DNA from: Podarcis cretensis
Taxonomy: Eukaryota
DNA: 64,000 nucleotides
Direction: 5' to 3'
NCBI GenBank assembly: GCA_951804945.1
Contig: OX638153.1
Span: forward strand, 73,160,001-73,224,000
A model generated the notes under the pieces. The model searched no databases. It was not told the DNA's origin and saw only the letters and a list, made by a program, of their open reading frames with translations. The stretch's first letter is position 1. Each line of letters opens with the position of its first letter. Below are positions 15,401-24,350 of the stretch, one piece after another. Position numbers and translations under genes: made by a program.

Positions 15401-18400
15401 AGGACATTTGAGTTCAAGTCGTCACTATTTAATTTTCAATAATCAGGACTGTGTCTCGCTGCTCCTACTGGCCTGAAAACCGTGTTCCACATTCTTCTGC
15501 TGTTCTTGATCTGATGATAAGAGAAGTATACAGATGACTCAGCTTCACATGCCACATTTTTAAAATTATGTTTCAGGTGAGGTCAGTGGCGTAGCATGGG
15601 GGGTGCAGGGGGGGGCGGCCGCACCGGGCGCAACATCTGGGGGTTAGGGTTGGTGGCACAAATCCACAGGTTAGGGGGCGCAAATCCACGGGTTAGGGGG
15701 CGCAAATTACTTGCCTTGCCCCGGGTGCTGACAACCCACGCTACGCCACTGGGTGAGGTATGTTGGAAAATATCAACAAAACCTGCCAGAGATAAAGTCC
15801 AATGCAAATGATCAATTGCGCTCTCTATTATCATGGCTCAAATGCTCATTTGTTTTCCATGTAGGTTTCCTGTGTATGAAGTCCAGCTGCTCTAGGTATT
15901 TTGATCCCACTATCTGGCTAATATAAATTTGTTTTTCAAGGACCAAGTTCACCAACAAACACAAACAGATAAGAATGATTTGCTTGATGTTTGCAAAACA
16001 TTTGTCCATGAAACAAATCTCATGAGGGTTAAAGGGATGCATTTTTGTAAGCAATTATGAAGGGTTTGATACAAAGGGAGGAAATAAACACAGTTTTGCG
16101 GCAATGGTTCCATCAGCAAAAGCATTTCAGCTTACTTGATTGAATGATCTCCTCTCCTTCTCCCACATGCTGTTTTGGAGGTCCTCTCAATCCGCTGGAG
16201 AGATTAGGGGGAGCCCTGCTGTGCTAGCGGAAGTACTTGCTTCTGCTAGTAGGATACATTAGTCAAATCTGGCCCAGTAGGTCATCATCTTTATAGGGAT
16301 GGACATTGCCCAGTAGCAGAGTGCATGTTTTGGGTGCAGAAAGTACCAGGTTCAATCCTTGGCATCTCTAGCTAAAAAGGAAAAGGATTGTGGGATGCTT
16401 GCTGGGTGGTGTGCTGCTGCCAGCCAGAGTAGGAAATACTGGCCTAGACAGGACAAAAAAAAATCTGGCATAAGGCAGCTTCCTAATTTTTCCAAAATGA
16501 CCTGTGTCTAAAACCTTCTCTAATTATGCTTTGTGCATGCTTAGTGGGATTCTTAACATACTTTCTTTTAAACAGCAGTCTCCACTGTCATGTGACAAAC
16601 TGGTTTCGAAACTAACCTCAGTTCCAAAAGAGGTTTATCAAGCCGTACAGCAAATGCTCCTGCTTGAAAACCTCAAGCTGAAAGCCCCTTTGGCACGTGG
16701 AAACTAGCCAGTATTTCTTCTGTGGAACTAGCCAATATTTATCAGAATCCAAGCATGTTTCTGGAACTGAGTTGTGGATCAAGCTAAGGCCACATGTCTG
16801 GTTTGATATAGGGGTTAAGAGCCCGAGCTTCAAATTAAAAAGTTCTCTGTTTGAATCTCCCCTCAACCATGAGCTAGAGTTCAAAGCAAACAGATATGAT
16901 AATAAATATAAGACTTTATTTTACACATCTATTTCCCCGCTTTTAACAATAGAGGAATGGTAGGTGGCAAGGGGGAGTTAATATTTTACCCCAAACTATG
17001 ATTCCATTAAACCCTCTCCTCGAGAAGCTGCTGTTAGCTTCAAGAGAGGTAAAGGACCCCTGGATGGTTAAGTCCAGTCAAAGGCAACTATGAGGTTGCG
17101 TCACTCATCTCGCTTTCAGGCCAAGGGAACCAGCATTTGTTTACAGACAGCTTTCCAGTTCATGTGGCCAGCAGGACTAAGCTGCTTCTGGAGCAACAGA
17201 ACACCGTGACGGAAACCAGAGCACATGGAAACACCATTTACCTTTCTGCTGCAGTGATACCTACTTATCTACTTGCACTGGCATGCTTTTGAAATGCTAG
17301 GTTGGCAGGAGCAGGAACAGAGCAATGGGAACTCACCCCATTGCGGGGATTTGAACTGCTGACCTTCTGACTGGCAAGCCCCAGAGACTCAGTGGTTGAG
17401 ACCACAGCGCCACAGCTCCACTGGCACCTCACAGCAGATTTGGAGGTTTCTTTTTCATTGGGGACTGCAATGTAGGGGAAAGGTTAAAGTAGGGTTACCA
17501 GACGTCCCTGTTTCCCAGGGACAGTACCCGGATTTGCGAATAAGTCCCCAGACAAATGTAATCCATGGATTTCATCTAATGTCCCCGGGAAAAACAGTCT
17601 CAGCAGCCTGGAGCAGTTGGCTCTGGCTGGCTTCAGGAGCTGCTCAGAAGTCCCCATATGATGGTGGTACAGGGGCTCTAAGATGCAGCTTCCTGGCTGC
17701 CTCCACCTTCCCTGACCCCAACAACTAAGCTGTGAAGGGAGGCTTCATGCTGCCTATCAGAGCAGCCTTCCAACTCCTACTTGCGTGCAAGCAGGAGTGG
17801 AGCAGGGATTTCTCAGCAGTGAAGGGAGGTTTCATGCTGGCTATCAGAGCTTGCATGCAAGCACGAGGGGGCAGGAATCTCTCAGTTAGGCAATGGGAAG
17901 CCTCCCTTCCCAGATGAGGGATCCTCGCCCCGTCCTGCTTGCACGCAGGTAGGAATGGGATTGGGGTTGCTCTGAAGGGAAGGGAGGCATCGCGCTGCCC
18001 GAGCCTCACCGCTGTCACCACTCTCGGCCCTCCTTCTCCGCCTTCCATGCCTGACCCACTGCACACCGCTTCCCCACCACCACCACCACCAAAGAACCAA
18101 CAACTCAGGGGATGCCCCAGCTCATGGGAAAAGGAGACAGAAGCCTCAAGAGGAAGGGGAAACGTGGAGGTTGAGGTCAAGGCGGCAGCCGCCCCTCTGC
18201 CACCATCATCACTGCAGCATCAATGTCCCGAACGTAGTATTTATTTAATTATTTCATTTTATTTAAAGTGTCCCCGGATTTATTGGAAAAAAATCTGGTA
18301 ACCTTAGGTTAAAGCCCTATTCCATGTGCTATATTTCTGACCCTCCTCTGTGGACCCCAAGGCTTCTATTGCTAAAATAAAAGAGACAAGTTAGATGCAT

Positions 18401-21400
18401 TCTGTCACAGATTTAATACAGTGGTGCCTCGGGTTAAGTATTTAATTCGTTCCGGAGGTCCGTTCTTAACCTGAAACTGTTCTTAACCTGAAGCACCACT
18501 TTAGCTAATGGGGCCTCCCACTGCTGCTGTGCCACCGGAGCACGATTTCTGTTCTCATCCTGAAGCAAAGTTCTTAACCTGAGGTACTATTTCTGGGTTA
18601 GCGGAGTCTGTAACCTGAAGCGTATGTAACCCGAGGTACTACTGTTTATCTGTTTGGGCCCTCCCTGGGTAGTCTTTGGTACTCATTTTATTCCCAAAGC
18701 CTTCCTCACAAATGAGGATAGGCAGTGGAGGTTTAGGATCAGAATTTTCCTTCTTCTAGATGGGCTGCCTTTCCCGGTTTGATGAGCATCATCTGTCCCT
18801 TGTTTTTCTCTATAGCATGTGCTGTAGCTGTATTCCCACTATTGGTCTTGTCTATTCCATCTGCTGGAGGATGAGTTATGATATTATGAGACAGGCTTAT
18901 CCACTCTCTCCACACAGTGCATAATCTTATATATCTATTTATTATGCTCCCCACCCCAAAATCATGTCCCAGTGAATCTACACAGAAGGACGAGGAGGGT
19001 GGCTGCGACTTACTCTTTCACATATTCAGAGCAGCCTAATTCTTCCGAAAAGAAAATAGTGGCAGATGGGCATTGTTATTCACAACATCTGTCTGGATAG
19101 CACTAGAAACATAGTCGCGGAGGTGAACACATCTTTCAGGAAGGATTTCTTTAATGTTACTTACTTGCATCATCTCTTTACTACCAGTTAGCAAAAGGTT
19201 CTCCTGGTGGTTCACAATTTTTACTCACTGAAATCAACAGACTTAACTTAATCATGTTCATTCATTTCAATGGCTCTGCTCTGAGTAAAACACAGTGGAA
19301 TACTACCATAAACCATAAAATATAAAAAACAGAACCTAAACATCAAAAAACAGCTAAAACAGAATAAAAGTAGATGAAATTTAGAAAAAAAAGAAAAGAA
19401 TAATAGCAACAATAACCTAAAATGTTATTGTGTCTCTGAAAAATAAAAAGTAAGGAATAATACATGGGTAGGCAAACTAAGGCCGGGGGGCCAGATCCAG
19501 CCCAATCGCCTTCTAAATCTGGCCTGTGGACGGTCCAGGAATCAGCATGCTTTTACATGAGTAGAATGTGTCCTTTTATTTAAAATGCATCTCTGGGTTA
19601 TTTGTGGGGCATAAGAATACATTCATTCCCCCCCCCAAAAAAATACAGTCCGACCCCCCCACAAGGTCTGAGGGACAGTGGACCAGCCCCCTACTGAAAA
19701 AGTTTGCTGACCTCTGGAATAATATATTTACAAATTCTTCACTCAGTGCAGCAAATACCACAACTGGTGTCAGGAGAGCAAGTTGAGAAGACCCTCTGAA
19801 TATTGTATTAGACCCTAGGCAAGTATAGATGTATGGGAAGAAACGAGCCTTCAGGCAACCTGGCTTCAAGCTTCTTTAAGGCTTTACCAGCTCTTTGAAC
19901 TGAGCCTGGAGATAAACTGGGAGCCAGTGCAGATGACAAAATATTGGTGTAATAAGGTGGGGCCGGCCCATCCGAGATGCTGCCTTATTTTGGACCATCT
20001 GGCAGTTTCCAGACCATTTTCGAGGGGAACTCTACTTATAAGACATTGCCATGCTCACTTTCTTCAGAAATCCCAAGGAGAGACTTAACCACTGTGAACT
20101 ATGGGCTAACCCAGCTTTCCCCTAGATATGGAATCATGTTGTGTGGATGCACTTAGCAAACCAATACAAATATATCCGCTGGTGCTGAAAGTACGCTACC
20201 ATTGCTGTCCGTGGTTATTGATACTTCTTTTGAAATGCGTTTTAAGCCTATTAGATTTCAGTGGGATAACATGTCCACAGGACTCTAGCATTGTCAATAT
20301 AAACATGAAAAACACAGGCAAGTATAGCTTAATATCAAATAGAACAGAGGAGAAGGGGACCACTGGAAGTATGTCATTCTTAAATGGAAGCATCGTTCCC
20401 AATTTGTACTCAAGGCTGGTTTTCAGGAAGTAACACCTTCTTTCCCTGGATCAGTTAATGCAAAAAAGCCTTACAGACAAGACAGCAGGATCATCTTACT
20501 GCACCTGCTGCCACAGCTCAATCTGTTGTGAGCAGGGAAATGACAGGGTAACTCAATGGCGGTGTTAGTCAAGGCCAAATCTTTCTTATATTGTGGTGAA
20601 AGGCAGCAATCGATTGGCGCTTGAGGCCAAGGAACAGCCACTGCTATAAGCCCCATGGTAAATTCCAGTGAAAAGTTAATGTTCATAAGGGACTATTCAT
20701 GTGAGCCTGTGCAAGTTAACAGGTTACATGGCATGCTGAAGAGCTGTACATTTTTTAAAGAATGTACATAAAACTCACTGATATAATGCACCCCATTATA
20801 TGATACAACAGTGTACAAAGGGATGGTTATGCACACAAATTCACGTTGTTTCTTTTCCAGGCAAAAGGACCGGTAGCAGTTCTGTATAAGGATTCAGACT
20901 AAAAATATAGACGCACAATGGACACTATTCCCTAGCAGCTGTCATGTCTGCAAAGCCAAATGCCAAGCTATATGTTATGTTAAATGCACTGTGCTGGTAG
21001 CAGCTCTGGGGAGAGAGGATGTTTCCCTAGGGACTGCAAAGCAGGAGTTAAGGGTAATTCCCCACATGCCATGGGCCTCATCTTGATCAGAACTCCCTAC
21101 CCACCCACCCCTTTAGTGCCTGCTTAAAACTAACATTCAGTGTGATCACACAGCACACATAGCATGTACTTCAGTCCCCAAGTGACCTGCCTTCAGATAA
21201 GCTGCACATCCCACCCCACCAATAACTGACTTGGTATTTCAATTCCTAGACATGATCATGCCAATGTACATATTCCAACTCAGAAAAATTAGGAATATAG
21301 CATGTAAAGGTAAAGGTAAAGGAACCCCTGACCATTAGGTCCATTTGTGACCGACTGGGGTTGCAGCGCTCATCTCGCTTTATTGGCTAAGGGAGCCGGA

Positions 21401-21835
21401 GTACAGCTTCCGGGTCATGTGGCCAGCATGACTAAGCCACTTCTGGAGAACCAGAGCAGCACACGGAAACACCATTTACCTTCCCACCAGAGCGGTACCT
21501 ATTTATCTACTTGCACTTTGACGTGCTTTCGAACTGCTAGGTTGGCAGGAGCAGGGACCGAGCAACGGGATCTCACCCCGTCGCAGGGATTCGAACCGCC
21601 GACCTTCTGATCAGCAAGTCCTAGGCTCTGTGGTTTAACCACAGCACCACCCGCGTCCCTTTTAATGTAGCATGTACTTATACATAAATTGCTTCAAAGT
21701 GAGGGTATTGCTTAAACTTCTCTATTCAACATACTTTGCTTACTTGTAAAGTATCTCCCTTGAAGACTGAGATCTCAGAAGAAAAGCTGACATAAATTTA
21801 TTCAGGACACACTTCTGTGCCTTACACAGAAGCAT
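897..21835 (-). CDS. COL4A4: Collagen type IV alpha 4 chain, N-terminal part (signal peptide, 7S domain, start of collagenous domain); coding exons 2-8; gene continues beyond the left edge
   Basis: Spliced translation: ([14 protein letters not shown])[69 protein letters not shown]...[40 protein letters not shown]...[23 protein letters not shown]. The CGGxDC..CxC.PEKGSR motif is alpha2/4/6-type. Exon sizes 78/135/45/117/69 match recalled COL4A4. Head-to-head with COL4A3. Confidence 0.93.
1821..1937 (-). CDS. COL4A4: COL4A4 exon 7 (117 bp) [39 protein letters not shown]
   Basis: AG/GTGAGT boundaries; 7S C-N-G-S glycosylation motif. Confidence 0.93.
2462..2506 (-). CDS. COL4A4: COL4A4 exon 6 (45 bp) [15 protein letters not shown]
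   Basis: CAG/GTAAGT boundaries; perfect Gly-X-Y. Confidence 0.93.
2697..2831 (-). CDS. COL4A4: COL4A4 exon 5 (135 bp) [45 protein letters not shown]
   Basis: Lies inside ORF 2646..2885(-); polypyrimidine-CAG acceptor and GTAGGT donor; 15 Gly-X-Y triplets. Confidence 0.94.
5083..5324 (+). mobile_element. Tc1/mariner (pogo/Tigger-type) MITE, family A
   Basis: TIRs CAGTGGTACCTCGGGTTA...TAACCCAAGGTACCACTG flanked by TA on both sides; copies at 18419 and 53307. Confidence 0.85.
6417..6457 (+). repeat. (ATT)n microsatellite, tail of an L2 3' fragment
   Basis: Follows GGGAGGGCGGGATATAAATAAA. Confidence 0.85.
7500..8630 (-). mobile_element. Old degenerate L1 RT fragment
   Basis: EEQITPQEI...PNGF...YK segment; YADD at 7849-7838; many stops. 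Confidence 0.72.
11077..11154 (-). CDS. COL4A4: COL4A4 exon 4 (78 bp) [26 protein letters not shown]
   Basis: TAG/GTAAGT boundaries; 4-Cys 7S N-terminal motif. Confidence 0.93.
11559..11814. mobile_element. Tc1/mariner-type MITE with CCGTATT ends
   Basis: TA-CCGTATTGGCCTGAATATAA...TTATTTTTGGGCCAATACAG-TA. Confidence 0.7.
13389..13525 (+). mobile_element. hAT (Charlie-like) palindromic MITE
   Basis: Long imperfect TIRs starting CAGGC; 8-bp TSD CCCTAGAA. Confidence 0.88.
14143..14196. repeat. Compound (GT)n(GC)n(GCGT)n microsatellite
   Basis: ~54 bp of uninterrupted purine-pyrimidine alternation. Confidence 0.9.
14629..14668 (-). CDS. COL4A4: COL4A4 exon 3 (40 bp) (N)[13 protein letters not shown], hydrophobic core of the signal peptide
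   Basis: CAG acceptor and GTAAGT donor; phase 2 in and phase 0 out, joining exon 4 in frame. Confidence 0.8.
15584..15751 (+). mobile_element. hAT MITE with CAGTGGCGTAGC TIRs and internal TTAGGG-like repeats
   Basis: 8-bp TSD GGTGAGGT; perfect 12-bp TIR. Confidence 0.88.
17047..17420 (-). mobile_element. Sauria SINE (diverged copy)
   Basis: Colinear with the other copies; ACCTTT-type tail. Confidence 0.82.
17490..18306. mobile_element. Non-autonomous hAT element (~817 bp)
   Basis: TIRs TAGGGTTACCAGA / TCTGGTAACCTTA; 8-bp TSD GGTTAAAG; internal ~35-bp direct repeat. Confidence 0.82.
18419..18644 (+). mobile_element. Tc1/mariner MITE family A copy
   Basis: Near-identical to 5083-5324; left TA present. 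Confidence 0.85.
19463..19716 (-). mobile_element. hAT MITE (~255 bp)
   Basis: 8-bp TSD GAATAATA; reverse complement of 29232-29487. Confidence 0.85.
21307..21659 (-). mobile_element. Sauria SINE
   Basis: (ACCTTT)n tail, tRNA-like head GGGACGCGGGTGG, TSD TAGCATGTA. Confidence 0.9.
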
Positions 21836-21869
21836 CGTCCACAGCCATTTTCAAAAAGATTAGGAAAGA
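21744..21869 (-). CDS. COL4A4: COL4A4 exon 2 (5' UTR plus start; in-frame ATGs at 21835 and 21793)
   Basis: ATG TCA GCT TTT CTT CTG AGA...TAC AA|GTAAGC gives the phase-2 donor needed to join exon 3; candidate TGCAG acceptor at 21871-21870 with a weak pyrimidine tract. Confidence 0.65.
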
Positions 21870-22249
21870 CTGCAATATTTCCTTTGCACATTGAGGTGCA
21901 TGCAGAATCATAAGCACTGGAAGGGACCCTGAGGATCATCTAGTCCAACCCTCTTCTCAAAGCAGGAGTATGCAGGGATCAATCCCCACAGATGATGCAG
22001 CCCAGAACACCAGCCCTTCAAGTTACCCATTTGGTTCATGGGGTGAAAATGGGGTTGATGGAACAGACTGCTCATGCTTCAAGGCCAACTTTCTAGTGAT
22101 GGTGCACAAAGGAAAGAAACAGATGCTGTAATGGGTGTGGTAACGCTTGCACTACAGTTTTGGACCGTGCCATGTGCGTGAATTGCTGCTGCTAGACAGG
22201 AATTGCTAATGGGAGGTTCCATGTTCAACCACTGGCATCTTCATAGATG

Positions 22250-22370
22250 CTGGAAGGGATCCTGAGGATCATCTAGTCTAACCCCTTGCAATGCAGGAAT
22301 ATGCAGCTGTCCCGAGAGTCTCTGCTAGCTTGGCAATATCTGCACCACGCTCCAACCAACTGAGCTATCC
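22250..22370 (-). mobile_element. tRNA-Ile-derived SINE with CR1-like tail (diverged)
   Basis: Reverse strand reads GATAGCTCAGTTGGTTGGAGCGTGGTGC...GGGACAGCTGCATATTCCTGCATTGC...GACTAGATGATCCTCAGG; partial copy at ~21905-21980. Confidence 0.7.
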
Positions 22371-23092
22371 AGGGTCAATGCAGCTTTCGGAATTTCAAGT
22401 AGCAGCTCAGCCCTGGCCTGAGACCCCATTGAGAGCTGCAGCCAGTTCAAATAGGCAATACTGGGCGACATGGGCCAGTGATCACACTCTGTGTAAGACT
22501 GTGCCATATTATTTTTGCTTGCCTTGGTAGGATTGGCCTAGTGCCTGTATAACTTACATCAGGGGTAGCCAACATGGTGCTGTCTTGATGTTGCTGGACA
22601 ACAACTCCCCATCACCCCTGACCATTGGCCATTCCATCTGGGACTAATTGGAGCCACGTCAGCCAACAATGTCACGTGCATTGGCTCAGTATGCCTGATA
22701 TGTTTAAAGTTTCTACCTAGAAAGTCAGCGGAAATTGTGCCTCCTGGATCTAGGTGGACCAAAGTTTTTTTGCTGCCTGAAGCACAGCTCAGATTGTGCT
22801 TTGCCAGCCCCACCCTAGCACTGGAGAAAGCTGAATATCTATGCAGGTTAGTAAAGCAAAAATATTTGAGACGCCTCCCTTCAGATATCAATTTGCAGTG
22901 CAAGAATTACGGTACTTTGTAAGCATACATACCAAGCTTCCTAGTGATATTTATTGTCCTGCATATATATCCTGCCTCTCTTCTGCCATGGAACATGATG
23001 TGGCATCAATGTAGATCCCAGCCAGTCACCCAACAAGTCACTAACCAGGTCCAGACTGGCTTAGCTTCCGCAAGGTGAATTATGTACCTCCA

Positions 23093-23164
23093 GATAGCTC
23101 AGTTGGTTAGAGTGTGGCGCTGATAACGCCAAGGTTGCAGGTTTGATCCCCGTATGGGACAGCT
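23093..23164 (+). mobile_element. tRNA-Ile-like SINE head (not a functional tRNA)
   Basis: TAGCTCAGTTGGTTAGAG...CTGATAA...GGTTTGATCCCC; acceptor stem does not pair; same head as the SINE at 22250-22370. Confidence 0.7.
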
Positions 23165-23199
23165 ACTGCCTATTGCTGACGGACCCGAGAAACTGCCTG

Positions 23200-24350
23200 A
23201 CATGCGCCCCCCCCCCGCCACCTTTTTATCCAAGCGCCCACAGGCAACAGCCTACTTCATCCTTTGCCTGACAGGAAAACAAACCCCGGAGAGCCAGCAA
23301 AGATCCCAGCGCGCGGCCAGCTGTACTGGATGCTTAGGCGAATGTCTGACGGTTATGTTGCTTTACCTCCCGTCCCTGCTCCGCCGGGGGCGTGGGGGGG
23401 GGAGGCGGGGGAGTATCACGGTGGGATTTTATCCAAGAGACTTTTTTTTTAGGGCTCGGAAGTTCCTGGGTGGAAACTGAAGGACCACCGTAGAAAAAGG
23501 CTGAGAGGAAAAGACGCCCTTTCCCGCAGAGAACGTCGCCACAGGTGCCTGACGAGACGCGCCCCACTTCCCTGGACACCTTCGCTTCCCCGCGCGCGCC
23601 ACGCCTTCCCTTCCCGCGAGAGTCTCTGAAGTACCTCACTTCAAGGGGACCAAGCCCTGAGGAGCCGCTCGCGTCTCCGCGCCTCCGCGTCCCGCCGCGC
23701 TCTCCCGGCCCCGGCGAAGCAAGCGCCGCCAAGCCAGGCGTGAAGCGACTCTCGCGCTTCGCTTCCCTCTCTTTGCGGGTTGCTTCGCCCCGCCCTCGAT
23801 CCTTCCCCCTCCCTTCTCGCACCTCCAGCTTCCACGCGCCTTCCCGCAGCTTCGGCCCCGCCCCGGGCTATCCCGAGGGGCTGCCCATACGCGGACCTCT
23901 CTCGGGGGGCGCAAAGCAAGCAGCGAGAGAGAGAGAGGCGCCAGCGCCAGCGCCGCGCCGCCGCACGGTCAGGGGAACTCACTCGACGCTGAGGGAAAGT
24001 GGCAAGAGGAGGAGGAGCCGTCGCGCCTGGTCCGTGAATGGTGACAGCGGGTCTGTCAGGGACGGAGCTGCGGACCGCGCGACCTGTGGCACTGAGAAGG
24101 CGAGAGAGAGAGAGAGAGAGAGGAGGACTCGAGAGGGAGAGCGCGTGCCAGAGAGTTGAGGGGAAAGCGCGCCGTGAGGCATGAAGGAGCCCGCGCGCCC
24201 CGGCTCCTGGTGTCTCGGGCTGTTGTTTTTCGCTGCCCTGCTGAGCGCTTCGCCGGGGCAGCAGGAGGACCGCCTCCCCATTGCTGTGGCTGCAAAGGTG
24301 AGTTGAGGGCCAGCGCGGAAACCTGCTTCCTCGGGGTTGGCTGACGTCCC
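23200..24350. promoter_or_regulatory. CpG island / shared bidirectional promoter of COL4A4 and COL4A3
   Basis: Very GC- and CpG-rich, no obvious TATA box; GC boxes CCCCGCCC at ~23788 and ~23856; CCCCTCCC at ~23806; (GA)n tracts at 23924 and 24102; lies between the divergent collagen genes. Confidence 0.88.
24181..24297 (+). CDS. COL4A3: COL4A3 exon 1 coding part (117 bp), signal peptide
   Basis: ATG in the CpG island; hydrophobic core [12 protein letters not shown]; AAG|GTGAGT donor. Confidence 0.9.

Noticed and set aside
20560-20700. Possible conserved intronic enhancer (TCAAGGCCA nuclear-receptor-like site, some CpGs)
   Set aside because: A short motif alone is not evidence; conservation cannot be assessed without alignments.
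23093-23164. tRNA-Ile(GAT) gene
   Set aside because: No pairing acceptor stem, mutated B-box (GGTTTGA), and the same head occurs in the SINE at 22250-22370.
23154-24344. Many overlapping ORFs up to 204 aa on both strands
   Set aside because: Expected from stop-poor GC-rich CpG-island DNA; low-complexity Arg/Pro/Ala content; the real coding frame is the 117-bp COL4A3 exon 1.
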